A DNA stretch of 64,000 bases. It comes from Nitrososphaerota archaeon. Lineage in GTDB: Archaea; Thermoproteota; Nitrososphaeria_A; Caldarchaeales; Calditenuaceae. The stretch is from positions 1 through 64,000 of the forward strand of contig JAWBQR010000001.1 in the NCBI GenBank assembly GCA_038845265.1, in the 5' to 3' direction. Positions 19,996-29,667 of this stretch are shown here, piece by piece (position 1 is the first letter of the stretch; the number at the start of each line of letters is the position of its first letter). The position numbers and the translations under genes are program-made. The notes below the pieces were generated by a model that was given only the letters and a program-made list of their open reading frames with translations, did no database searches and was not told the DNA's origin.

Positions 19996-21051
19996 ATGAA
20001 AAGAGTAAAGGCCGCGGTTCTAGGCGCTACTGGAATGGTTGGACAACTGTATGTCGAGTTATTGGCTAAGAATCCATGGTTCGAAATATCAGCCGTTACA
20101 GGCAAGTCAAACGTTGGGAAAACACTCGCTGAAGCCTACAGAGGAAGAGGAAACACACCTGAAATATACAAAGACCTTGAAGTGTTACCCTCAGATCCTG
20201 GCAGGATAGACGCAGATATAGTCTTTAGCTGCCTGCCAACAAGTGCTGCGCGAGAAGTCGAGCCGAGATTCGCCGAGGCTGGATTTCCTGTCATAAGCGA
20301 TGCGTCTGCTCATAGGACGTGGCCCGATGTGCCTCTCATTGTGCCGGAGATTAATCCAGAACATCTAGATCTGATTGATGTGCAGAGGAAAAATAGGAAG
20401 TGGGACGGATTCATTGTGACGACGCCCAACTGCACGACAGTTGGATTTGTAATGCCTTTGAAAGCATTGATGGACCAGTTTGGTTTAAAGTATGCTAGCT
20501 TAGTTTCTATGCAGGCAATATCAGGTGCTGGATATAACGGAGTGCCATCCATGGCAATCCTCGGAAACATAATTCCCTACATAGAAGGCGAAGAACCTAA
20601 AGTCATAGAGGAGCCCAGAAAGATCCTTGGAAAATTAAATGATGGTAAGATAATCCCAGCTGAAATAGCAATTGATGCTACCTGTACTCGATCACCCACA
20701 ATTTTTGGGCATTTAGAAGTTATACAGGTCGAACTCAATGAAGATGCGGAAATTGATGAAGTTAAAGAGACATTAAGCACATACTCTGGATTACCACAGA
20801 TGTTAGAGCTTCCCTCTGCCCCAAGAAGACCTATTTATGTATTCGAAGAACCAGATAGGCCTCAACCTAGACTTGATGTTGATTTCGGAGACGTGAAGGG
20901 AATGACAATTACTATTGGTAGACTTAGGAAATCAAGCAGGCCTCGGCATTACTCGTTTGTATCATTGAGCCATAATTTGATTAGAGGAGCAGCGGGGACA
21001 GCTATACTTACAGCAGAACTTTTAATTGCGACTAGGAGGTTGAACTATTGA
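19996..21051 (+). CDS. asd: Aspartate-semialdehyde dehydrogenase
   Basis: LGATGMVG, PNCTT, QAISGAG and HNLIRGAAG; SD GGAGGTG. Confidence 0.96.
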   Translation: MKRVKAAVLGATGMVGQLYVELLAKNPWFEISAVTGKSNVGKTLAEAYRGRGNTPEIYKDLEVLPSDPGRIDADIVFSCLPTSAAREVEPRFAEAGFPVISDASAHRTWPDVPLIVPEINPEHLDLIDVQRKNRKWDGFIVTTPNCTTVGFVMPLKALMDQFGLKYASLVSMQAISGAGYNGVPSMAILGNIIPYIEGEEPKVIEEPRKILGKLNDGKIIPAEIAIDATCTRSPTIFGHLEVIQVELNEDAEIDEVKETLSTYSGLPQMLELPSAPRRPIYVFEEPDRPQPRLDVDFGDVKGMTITIGRLRKSSRPRHYSFVSLSHNLIRGAAGTAILTAELLIATRRLNY

Positions 21052-21845
21052 TGGTCTCAGGTAAGCAGGTTCATATAAATCGACTTACTGAGAGGGGAAG
21101 AATGCTATGTATTCCGATGGATCATGGCATTACTGCCGGACCAATGAAGGGTTTAGACACAATCTACCAGACGATTGAAAAAATTGAAGAAGGAGGGGCG
21201 ACAGCTTTCCTTGTACAGAAAGGAATAATTAAACATATGAAGAGAGTACCAAGAATTGGCTTTATTGTCCATGTCTCCGCTAGTACTTCGATATGCCCAG
21301 ATCCGAACTGGAAAGTAAGAGTAGGAACAGCATTGGCGGCGATAAGGCTAGGTGCTGACGGATTATCAGTCCACATAAATATTGGAAGTAAAATGGAGCC
21401 ACTCATGCTCAAAAAGCTTGGCCTACTCGTTGATGAATGTGATTCACTCGGCCTACCAATCATTGCAATGATGTATCCAAGAGGAGAAGGAGTAAAGGAC
21501 CCAAATGATCCGAAAATATTGGCACATGTCGCTAGGGTTGGCGCCGAGCTAGGAGCAGACATTGTTAAGGTACCATTTAGTGGAGATGCAGAAAGTTTTA
21601 GTAAAATAGTTGAGGCATGTCCCGCACCCATAGTTATGGCCGGAGGCCCGAAGGTAGATAGTGACGAGGCTGTACTAGCTATGGCTAAAGCTGCAATAGA
21701 TGCGGGCGCAATGGGAGTTACTATTGGTAGAAACGTGTTTATGCATGAAAAACCTGAACTCATCGTCAGGGCTTTAAGAGGAGTAGTGATAGAGGGTATG
21801 AATGTCAAGGAGGCGCTATCCATTATTGAGACAAAATCAGAATAA
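21048..21845 (+). CDS. aroA': 2-amino-3,7-dideoxy-D-threo-hept-6-ulosonate synthase (MJ0400-type class I aldolase)
   Basis: PMDHG, MMYPRG, ELGADIVK, AGGPK and GRNVF; operon context. Confidence 0.9.
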   Translation: MMVSGKQVHINRLTERGRMLCIPMDHGITAGPMKGLDTIYQTIEKIEEGGATAFLVQKGIIKHMKRVPRIGFIVHVSASTSICPDPNWKVRVGTALAAIRLGADGLSVHINIGSKMEPLMLKKLGLLVDECDSLGLPIIAMMYPRGEGVKDPNDPKILAHVARVGAELGADIVKVPFSGDAESFSKIVEACPAPIVMAGGPKVDSDEAVLAMAKAAIDAGAMGVTIGRNVFMHEKPELIVRALRGVVIEGMNVKEALSIIETKSE

Positions 21846-22830
21846 ACCAAAAGAAATTATCGTTGAAGTTAAGACAACCAAGGAAGCGGTAGAAGCGGTA
21901 GCGAAGGGCGCTAGTGCACTTTTTGCTCCATACAACATTATTCCTCCTGAATTAAGAGATAAAGTGAAGATTTACAACGAGGAGACGGGCACCTCGATAA
22001 TTTCGATAAAAACTCCCTCGGACGTCGAGTTGATTCATAGAGCAGCTATGGCAGGGGCATCTGCAATTTTAGTAGAGACATCAGACATAAGAATCATACC
22101 GTTGGAAAATGTTTTGGCAAAGCTTCAAGGAATGAATACTGAGGTTCTGGTCAGAGTTGATAAAATTGAGGATATTGAGACCCTCTTCGGAGTATTAGAA
22201 AAAGGAGTAGACGGCATCGTCTATAGCCCATCAAGTATTGAAGAAGTTTCGCTTTTAAGAGATTTTCTAAATTATGTGAAAAAGGTCGAACTTGTTCCTG
22301 CAAGAGTCAAAGAGGTAATAAATGCAGGTATTGGTGAGAGAGCCTGCATTGATACGACAACGATGTTAAGGATTGGGGAGGGACTTCTTGTAGGAAGCAT
22401 GTCCCGAATGCTATTCCTAGTTCACAGCGAAGTTATTGGTTCAAGTTTCACTGAACCTCGTCCATTCAGAATAAACGCCGGAGCTATACATCTATACACT
22501 TTAGGACCATTGGCAAATACTTATTACTTATCCGAGTTAAAAGCTGGAAAAAGAGTGCTAATAGTATCTAAAGACGGCTCCACTAGAGTGGCAACAATTG
22601 GGAGGGTAAAGATTGAGAGGCGACCATTGATGATGATCTCAGCCGAGATTGATAATACTAATGGCTCCGTGATTGTTCAAAATGCTGAGACGATTAGATT
22701 AGTCGACCGCAATGGTGAACCTATTGAAGTGACAAGGATAGGTGCTGGTGATGAAGTACTAGTACATCTCTCAGGAATATCAGGCAGACACATGGGGATG
22801 AAAGTAGAGGAAAGCATAAATGAAGTTTAA
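21802..22830 (+). CDS. aroB': 3-dehydroquinate synthase II (MJ1249-type)
   Basis: IIPLEN, RACIDT, RPFRINAG, KIERRP, QNAETIRL and RHMG. Confidence 0.93.
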   Translation: MSRRRYPLLRQNQNKPKEIIVEVKTTKEAVEAVAKGASALFAPYNIIPPELRDKVKIYNEETGTSIISIKTPSDVELIHRAAMAGASAILVETSDIRIIPLENVLAKLQGMNTEVLVRVDKIEDIETLFGVLEKGVDGIVYSPSSIEEVSLLRDFLNYVKKVELVPARVKEVINAGIGERACIDTTTMLRIGEGLLVGSMSRMLFLVHSEVIGSSFTEPRPFRINAGAIHLYTLGPLANTYYLSELKAGKRVLIVSKDGSTRVATIGRVKIERRPLMMISAEIDNTNGSVIVQNAETIRLVDRNGEPIEVTRIGAGDEVLVHLSGISGRHMGMKVEESINEV

Positions 22831-23539
22831 GCCAGAAGAAAAAATATGCGTTTCAATAGCAGGAAAAAATTTCTACGAAGTAACTAACCAGTTAGAAGTA
22901 TTAAATGAGGCTGGAGCCAAATTAGTAGAGATGAGATTAGATTTTCTTATTGATAATAAATATCTGGAAGTTTTGAAAGCCGCTTCAAATTACGGTTTTA
23001 AAATAGTATCAACGGTTAGATGCAGGACAGATGGCGGAGTATTTGATAAGAGCGAAGAACAACGTAAAAAAATTCTTTTGGAGAGCGCTTCAATAGCCAC
23101 TTATGTCGATGTCGAATACGATACGTATCTCTCCGATGAGCAGTTCATAGAAAAGCTGAAGGATCGAGGCTCGAAGATCTTACTTTCAAAACATTTTTTT
23201 GAATATAATCCAAATCATCAGACGCTGATTATGATTTTGGAGAGAATGAAAGACTATGGAGATTTATACAAAATAATTACCTCTCCTAAAAATCTGTTTG
23301 ATGCAAATAATCTGTTATCTCTATACAAATATGACTGGACTAAGGGACGGTTAATCGCCTTTTGTATGGGGGAACAATGGGCCTTCACGCGTCTTCTCAG
23401 TATTTTCTTGGGAGCACCTTTTACATATGCACATAATGGCAATTCTCCCGTGGCGTCAGGACAACTTTCATTCATAGAGGTGAAAAATGAATTAGAAAAA
23501 CTATCATGGTTGGGTGAAAAATGGCATTTCTCGCAGTAA
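22820..23539 (+). CDS. aroD: Type I 3-dehydroquinate dehydratase
   Basis: EMRLD, YVDVE, SKHFF, FCMG and ASGQ. Confidence 0.9.
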   Translation: MKFKPEEKICVSIAGKNFYEVTNQLEVLNEAGAKLVEMRLDFLIDNKYLEVLKAASNYGFKIVSTVRCRTDGGVFDKSEEQRKKILLESASIATYVDVEYDTYLSDEQFIEKLKDRGSKILLSKHFFEYNPNHQTLIMILERMKDYGDLYKIITSPKNLFDANNLLSLYKYDWTKGRLIAFCMGEQWAFTRLLSIFLGAPFTYAHNGNSPVASGQLSFIEVKNELEKLSWLGEKWHFSQ

Positions 23540-24369
23540 TTGGTCACCCCGTTGGTCATTCATTATCTCCTTTAATGCATAACTCTACATTATGGATGTA
23601 TAGATTACCTCATAGGTATCTTGCAATAGATATATTACCAGAGAATCTTAGAAATGTAATAAATTCATTATGGAAATTAGAATTTATAGGCTTCAATATA
23701 ACTATACCTCATAAGGAGCAAGTAGCGAAAATCGCTATAGAACTCTCAGAGGAGGCCGCCTCAACAGGCGCGGTAAATACCACAATCAGAAAAAGCGATG
23801 GCTGGGCGGGCTTTAACACGGATGTTGAAGGTTTCATTTCTAGTTTTTCCAGATTAAATGTAAGAATGATCGATACTTGTTTAATACTAGGTGCTGGTGG
23901 TTCTGCAAAAGCTGCAACCTACGCATTGGACAAAATGGGTGCAAGAAAAATTATAATTGCTAACAGAACGCCTGAAAGAGCAATAAAACTACGTGAATTA
24001 ATGGATCCAAAAATTAGCAGCAATCTAGAAATAATATCACTAGATGATGTTAATAATCATGTATCTAGAGTAGATGTTGTAATTAACGCAACACCAGTTG
24101 GGTTGATGGACGATAAATTATTAATTAATCCTGAATGCTTAACAATTGATCAAATAGTCTATGATCTTGTCTATTCGCCTAGACCCACTCCACTAATACG
24201 AGCGGCTATGAATAGAGGCTGTAAAATCATTGACGGAGTAGTGCATCTCGTAGAGCAGGGTGCAGCTTCGTTTAGGATATGGACAGGCATTACTCCTGAA
24301 ACTTCATTTATGGAGAAAGTAGTGAGAACCGAACTGCTGAGAAGGTGGAGGAGAAGTGAGATTAGTTAG
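23521..24369 (+). CDS. aroE: Shikimate dehydrogenase
   Basis: GHSLSP, NITIPHK, NTD, GAGGSA and NATPVG. Confidence 0.96.
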   Translation: MAFLAVIGHPVGHSLSPLMHNSTLWMYRLPHRYLAIDILPENLRNVINSLWKLEFIGFNITIPHKEQVAKIAIELSEEAASTGAVNTTIRKSDGWAGFNTDVEGFISSFSRLNVRMIDTCLILGAGGSAKAATYALDKMGARKIIIANRTPERAIKLRELMDPKISSNLEIISLDDVNNHVSRVDVVINATPVGLMDDKLLINPECLTIDQIVYDLVYSPRPTPLIRAAMNRGCKIIDGVVHLVEQGAASFRIWTGITPETSFMEKVVRTELLRRWRRSEIS

Positions 24370-25633
24370 GATTACAGGTAAAATAGCAGAGGGAGTCATT
24401 AAGGCACCGCCCAGTAAAAGCTATACACATCGTAGCGTGATCATCGCGTCCCTAGCAGATGGAACCTCATATATTCATAATCCCCTGATCTCTATGGATA
24501 CAGTTGCCTCAATAACTGGAGTAACACTCATGGGAGCAAAGATCACACAAGAAACTAATAAACTGATTATAGAAGGAGTCAGTAATCCCCTGACGCCTCC
24601 CGATGTTATAGATGCTAAAAATTCGGGTACCACTTTGAGAATACTAACTGCAGTTGCTGGTCTAGTAAAAAGTGGATATGTAGTGCTTACTGGTGACGAT
24701 AGCTTGAGGAAAAGACCCATGCAACCGCTCCTAGAAGCTCTTCATCAACTTGGAGTGGAGGCTTGGTCAACTAGGCTCAATGGAAAGGCCCCAATAATAG
24801 TAAAGGGTGGGGGATACAAATATCGAGAATGCATCATTACAGGAGAGATAAGCAGTCAATTCATATCTGGATTGATGATCGCGGGGGCCAAGACAGAGCT
24901 TGGCATCTTAGTAAAAATATCTGGGAAAATAGTTTCCTTGCCCTATATACACGCTACCATGAAGACTCAAGAATTGTTCGGTGCAAAATCTATTGTGCAA
25001 GATAGCCAAATAATTACTGAGTCAACCGGCTACAAATCTACTGAATTCAAGGTGCCTGGAGATTACGGACTCTCAGCATTCTTATTAGCTGTACCGTTTA
25101 TGATTGGGGGAGAAATAACTTTAAGGGGACTTAATGATGAATTGCCACAACCGGAGGCTGTAATTATCAATATCCTTAGGAACATGGGTGGAGAAATAAA
25201 ACAAGGCCGAGACGAAGTATTAGTGAGAGACACTCCCTTAGAAGGAATAAAGGTATCACTCAGAGACTCGCCCGATTTGTTACCTGTTATATCGGCATTA
25301 GCAGTAAAAGCGAAAAATGAAACTGTCATTACTGATGTGGGTCATGCTAGGTTTAAAGAAAGTGATAGGATATCGGTGATAGCAACAGAATTTAGAAAAG
25401 CAGGCATTAAGACTGAAGAGCTACCTGAGGGGTTAAGAATATTGCCGGGTGAACTTAAACCCGCAGTGCTTGACCCACATGGTGACCATAGACTGTTCAT
25501 GGCTTTTTCACTATTGTCAATATATTCTGGTGGGAAAGTATTAGTAAAAGATCCAGAATGTGTAGCAGTCTCATATCCACAGTTCTTAAATGATCTTAAA
25601 ACCATAGGTTGTAGGGTGGAAATAATAGAATGA
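24356..25633 (+). CDS. aroA: EPSP synthase
   Basis: PSKSYTHR, NSGTTLR, SSQFISG, KESDRI and DHR. Confidence 0.96.
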   Translation: MRLVRITGKIAEGVIKAPPSKSYTHRSVIIASLADGTSYIHNPLISMDTVASITGVTLMGAKITQETNKLIIEGVSNPLTPPDVIDAKNSGTTLRILTAVAGLVKSGYVVLTGDDSLRKRPMQPLLEALHQLGVEAWSTRLNGKAPIIVKGGGYKYRECIITGEISSQFISGLMIAGAKTELGILVKISGKIVSLPYIHATMKTQELFGAKSIVQDSQIITESTGYKSTEFKVPGDYGLSAFLLAVPFMIGGEITLRGLNDELPQPEAVIINILRNMGGEIKQGRDEVLVRDTPLEGIKVSLRDSPDLLPVISALAVKAKNETVITDVGHARFKESDRISVIATEFRKAGIKTEELPEGLRILPGELKPAVLDPHGDHRLFMAFSLLSIYSGGKVLVKDPECVAVSYPQFLNDLKTIGCRVEIIE

Positions 25634-26733
25634 CTGGTAACATAATTGGAAAAAGATTTATAGTGATAAGTTTCGGTGAGAGTCATGGCAAATGCATAGG
25701 CGTAGTGATTGATGGATGTCCAGCCGGTCTGCCAATATCGGAAGATGAAATTCAATCTTTCGTAGATCTGAGAAGACCAGGCCAGTCATTAGTAACAACA
25801 CAAAGAAAAGAAGAGGACAAAGTAGAGATACTCAGCGGCATATTTGACGGACACACTACCGGTGCGCCAATAGCAATGGTGGTTTGGAACAAGGATGTAG
25901 ATTCACGTGCATATGATATCTTCAGACAAATTCCTAGGCCTAGTCATGCGGATTATTTTGCTTTTTTTAAATATGGGGGATACAATGATTGGAGAGGCGG
26001 TGGAAGATTCTCAGGCAGAATAACTGTAGGATTCGTTATGGCTGGCGCCGTGGCACTAAAATTGATCAAATACGTTCTAGGAATAGATGTACTAGCATAT
26101 ACTAAGAGTATAGGAGATATAAATTCACGCGAACTAACTGTTGAAGAGATAAGAAAGTACAGATACTTAAATGAGGTAAGATGCCCAGACTTAGGGGCGG
26201 CTAAGAAAATGAAGGATCTATTAATCAAACTTAAAAGTGAGGGAGATAGCATAGGTGGGATAATTGAATGCATCGCTTTAAATGTACCAATAGGGCTTGG
26301 AGAACCAGTCTTTGATTCTCTCGACTCAGAGATTGCTAAGGCAATATTTTCTATCCCGGCTGTAAAGGGAATAGAGTTCGGAAAAGGATTTTCTGCTAGT
26401 AGAATGACTGGGTCTCAACATAATGATCCGCTTACCTATATTAATGGAAGAGTGATTCCAAAAACGAACAATGCAGGGGGAATCGTTGGAGGTTTATCAA
26501 CTGGAAGCGAGATAATATTTCGCGTAGCATTTAAGCCACCTGCATCTATATCAAAGCCTCAGAAAACCCTGAATATTCAGACTTTGAGAGATGAAGATCT
26601 TATAATTACCGGTAGACATGACCCATCGGTAGTTCCGCGAGCTGTGCCTATTGTTGAGTCAATGACGGCGATAGTACTTGCTGACCACGCAATCAGAGCA
26701 GGACTGATAGCTCCAGTAATTAAAGAGAGATGA
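25630..26733 (+). CDS. aroC: Chorismate synthase
   Basis: FGESHG, PRPSHAD, GGGRFSGR and GRHDP. Confidence 0.97.
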   Translation: MTGNIIGKRFIVISFGESHGKCIGVVIDGCPAGLPISEDEIQSFVDLRRPGQSLVTTQRKEEDKVEILSGIFDGHTTGAPIAMVVWNKDVDSRAYDIFRQIPRPSHADYFAFFKYGGYNDWRGGGRFSGRITVGFVMAGAVALKLIKYVLGIDVLAYTKSIGDINSRELTVEEIRKYRYLNEVRCPDLGAAKKMKDLLIKLKSEGDSIGGIIECIALNVPIGLGEPVFDSLDSEIAKAIFSIPAVKGIEFGKGFSASRMTGSQHNDPLTYINGRVIPKTNNAGGIVGGLSTGSEIIFRVAFKPPASISKPQKTLNIQTLRDEDLIITGRHDPSVVPRAVPIVESMTAIVLADHAIRAGLIAPVIKER

Positions 26734-28139
26734 GTAAGATGTCTTCAGAAGATATAAGAAAGTTGAGAGAAGAAATAAAAGAAGTTACATCTAAAATTCT
26801 GGAGCTAATTGCATATAGGCTCAAAAAGGCAGAGGAGATTGGTAAACTAAAAAATGAAATAGGAATTTCATATATAGATCATGAGGTTGAAAAAGAATTA
26901 AGAGAACTTATCAATAAAAAGTCTCTTCAACTAGGCCTCGATACAAATTTTACCCAGCAATTAATGACGCTGATCTTCAAAGAATCTATAAAGCAACAAA
27001 TGAGCCTAACTAAGTTTACTAATAAAACGCAAATAACTCATATGGATATTTTTAGAAAAGCAAAAGAATTAGAGGCAGAAGGAAAGAAAATTATTCACCT
27101 AGAAGTAGGCGAGCCATATTTTGGAGCACCAAGAGAAGTTTCTGAAAAACTATCAGAAGCAGCAAAGAAGGGATATGCATTTTATGGAGAACCTTTAGGA
27201 AGAACAGAACTAAGATTTGCAATTGCAGAATGTTTAGAAAAAAGATTCAGCATCTCACTAAAAAAGGATGAAATACTAATAACACCAGGTGGACGATTTG
27301 CAGTCTTTCTTGCAGCTGCCACAACTCTATCTCCCGGAGATGAAGCTATAATAATTGACCCATCATGGCCTATGTATAAACAGGTAACGGAATTTTTACA
27401 GAGCAGACCTGTTATTGTTGAGACTCGCCTCGAGGATGGATGGATTCCTAATATTGAAGAGCTTGAAAGAGCTGCTAGCCATGCAACAAAATTATTATTC
27501 ATTAACTATCCAAATAATCCTACCGGCGTAACCATTGATAGGAAAAGACTTGAAGAGATATTAGATTTCGCTAGAAGGAGGAATCTCTACGTCGTCAGCG
27601 ATGAAGTATATATGGATTATTCATTCGTTGACTTCACGTCAATTCTTGAAATAGGATACGAAAATGCAATAATGCTAATGTCATTTTCAAAAAATTATGG
27701 CATGACCGGCTACAGAATCGGCTATATGGTTGCAAAAAGAGAAATAATAGAGAGAGCAGCAAAGATACAAGCTCTACTCATGACCTGCGTGCCTGAATTT
27801 ATTCAGATGGCTGCCCTTGAAGCACTAAAAGACAGAGAGACTCCTAAAAAATATTGTGAAGAAATTAAAAAAAGAATTGAAGTAGTATGTCAAAAATTAG
27901 ATAGCATGAATGCTGAATACGTCAAGCCAACAGGTGGAATGTATGTTTTTCCTCGATTTAAATTCATGAAGAGAGATTCCTCCGAACTTGCCTTAAAGCT
28001 ATTAGAAAAATATGGAGTATCGATAGCTCCTGGATCAGTATTCGGTAACTATCCGAACTATTTTAGAATATCTGTAGGAATTAGGCTAGACCAAATAGTC
28101 GAGGGAATTGAAAGGCTTAATAAAGCCATAAATGAATAG
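26730..28139 (+). CDS. Chorismate mutase (AroQ) fused to class I/II PLP aminotransferase
   Basis: N-terminal about 90 aa AroQ-like (LREEI...R...IGKLK...D..E...ES); then HLEVGEP, NNPTG, SDEVY and SFSKNYGMTGYRIG. Confidence 0.85.
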   Translation: MSKMSSEDIRKLREEIKEVTSKILELIAYRLKKAEEIGKLKNEIGISYIDHEVEKELRELINKKSLQLGLDTNFTQQLMTLIFKESIKQQMSLTKFTNKTQITHMDIFRKAKELEAEGKKIIHLEVGEPYFGAPREVSEKLSEAAKKGYAFYGEPLGRTELRFAIAECLEKRFSISLKKDEILITPGGRFAVFLAAATTLSPGDEAIIIDPSWPMYKQVTEFLQSRPVIVETRLEDGWIPNIEELERAASHATKLLFINYPNNPTGVTIDRKRLEEILDFARRRNLYVVSDEVYMDYSFVDFTSILEIGYENAIMLMSFSKNYGMTGYRIGYMVAKREIIERAAKIQALLMTCVPEFIQMAALEALKDRETPKKYCEEIKKRIEVVCQKLDSMNAEYVKPTGGMYVFPRFKFMKRDSSELALKLLEKYGVSIAPGSVFGNYPNYFRISVGIRLDQIVEGIERLNKAINE

Positions 28140-28183
28140 CAAAGTCTTTTTATAACTTTCAATTTTCTAATCTTTAGGCAAGA

Positions 28184-28942
28184 TTGACACAAGAACCCAA
28201 AAGATACGATAAAAATGAAAGACAAATATTTGACGCTCTGAAAGAATCTTTAATGAATAAAATAGCTGCAGAAATAACCTTATCAAGTAATAGTGGAGTT
28301 ACTATGAAGAAATGGAGAGTATTATTCGAGCTTAAGCAGAGTGATGTTGCAAGAAAAATGTCTATTTCGCCTTCTGTCTTAAGCGACTATGAAAAGGGAA
28401 AACGTAGGTCTCCAGGTATCGGATTTATCAGACGCTTTATCAAAAGTATAATTGAATTGGATGAGGAGAGAGGCGGGCACAATATTTACAAATTTTCTGG
28501 ACACGCTTCGACCATTCATAAAGCAATAATCGATATTAGTGAGTATAGAGTACCACGAAGACTGGGTGATCTCTTATCAGCCATAGAGGGGACATTTCTA
28601 TGGGGAAACATAAAGTCAGACGCGGAGGTTTACGGATATACGGTAATAGACAGCCTAGCAGCTATTCGCTATATGGAGTCGCATGAATTTATCTACATAT
28701 TTGGTGCGAACTCAATGAGACTCCTAGTCTTTACAGGTGTATCCACAGGAAGATCGCCCATGATAGCGGCCAAGGTTTTTCCAATAAAACCAACTGCCAT
28801 AGCCCTACATGGCCCAAAGGATGAAAAAGAAGTTGATCTACTTGCAATTGAACTAGCAGAGTCGATCGGTGTTCCACTAATTCTATCTAAGTGTCCTGAG
28901 ATAGATAAAATTGTAAGCAACCTAAGAAGGGCGGGAGAATAG
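28184..28942 (+). CDS. XRE-type HTH transcriptional regulator (COG1709-like)
   Basis: KWRVLFELKQSDVARKMSISPSVLSDYEKGKRRSPG; GVSTGRSPMIA. Confidence 0.85.
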   Translation: MTQEPKRYDKNERQIFDALKESLMNKIAAEITLSSNSGVTMKKWRVLFELKQSDVARKMSISPSVLSDYEKGKRRSPGIGFIRRFIKSIIELDEERGGHNIYKFSGHASTIHKAIIDISEYRVPRRLGDLLSAIEGTFLWGNIKSDAEVYGYTVIDSLAAIRYMESHEFIYIFGANSMRLLVFTGVSTGRSPMIAAKVFPIKPTAIALHGPKDEKEVDLLAIELAESIGVPLILSKCPEIDKIVSNLRRAGE

Positions 28943-28944
28943 AG

Positions 28945-29667
28945 TTGAAAGTCTATATCGGATGCTGCGGATTCCCGATACCTCAAAATAAGTACGTGGA
29001 GGAGTTTAACATTGTTGAGCTACAATCCACATTCTACAGAATTCCGCGTTTGTCAACAGTCAAGAGATGGAGAGAAAAATGTCCGAGAGATTTTATATTT
29101 ACAGTTAAAGCATTCCAAGGAATAACACATTCAATGAAGAGCCCAACATGGAAGAGATCAAATATAAAACCTAACCCTAATCACGGTGAGTTTAAGCCAA
29201 CAGATGAAGTTTATGAAAGCTGGGAAATCACTAAGCAAATCTGTGAAATACTGTTAGCGCCAATAACTATTATTCAGACACCGCCCACCTTCAAGGACAC
29301 ATCTGAGAATCTTAAAAATATAGAGACGTTTTTCACCACTATTAATAGAGGAAAAATAATGATCGGGTTTGAGCCGAGAGGATGGCAAAAAGAAAATATT
29401 ATAAAAATATGCAAAAAATTTGATTTGATTCATGTTACGGATCCATTTCAACTTCTTCCACTTTATACTTTAGAAGGCAGAACAACATATCTTAGACTTC
29501 ATGGAAGTCCACCTGGGAAAAGAATGTACACGTACAAGTATACTGATGAAGACCTAATGAAACTAAAGGAATTAATAACAAATCTAAAAACGGAAAAAGT
29601 CTATATCTTATTCAATAATATCAGTATGTATGAAGATTCAAAAAGATTAATAAAACTATTCACTTAG
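28945..29667 (+). CDS. DUF72 family protein
   Basis: YIGCCGF, VELQSTFY, FEPRG, YLRLHG and FNN. Confidence 0.92.
   Translation: MKVYIGCCGFPIPQNKYVEEFNIVELQSTFYRIPRLSTVKRWREKCPRDFIFTVKAFQGITHSMKSPTWKRSNIKPNPNHGEFKPTDEVYESWEITKQICEILLAPITIIQTPPTFKDTSENLKNIETFFTTINRGKIMIGFEPRGWQKENIIKICKKFDLIHVTDPFQLLPLYTLEGRTTYLRLHGSPPGKRMYTYKYTDEDLMKLKELITNLKTEKVYILFNNISMYEDSKRLIKLFT

Noticed and set aside
19895-19999. Longer 34-aa uORF from ATG 19895
   Set aside because: No SD, and the start is buried within the aromatic leader ORF; only its ATG 19952 sub-ORF has an SD
21164-21850. 228-aa antisense ORF and many similar shadow ORFs (e.g. 19276-19758, 37625-38095)
   Set aside because: They lie antisense to well-supported genes, have Ser/Pro/Ile-biased composition and show no motifs
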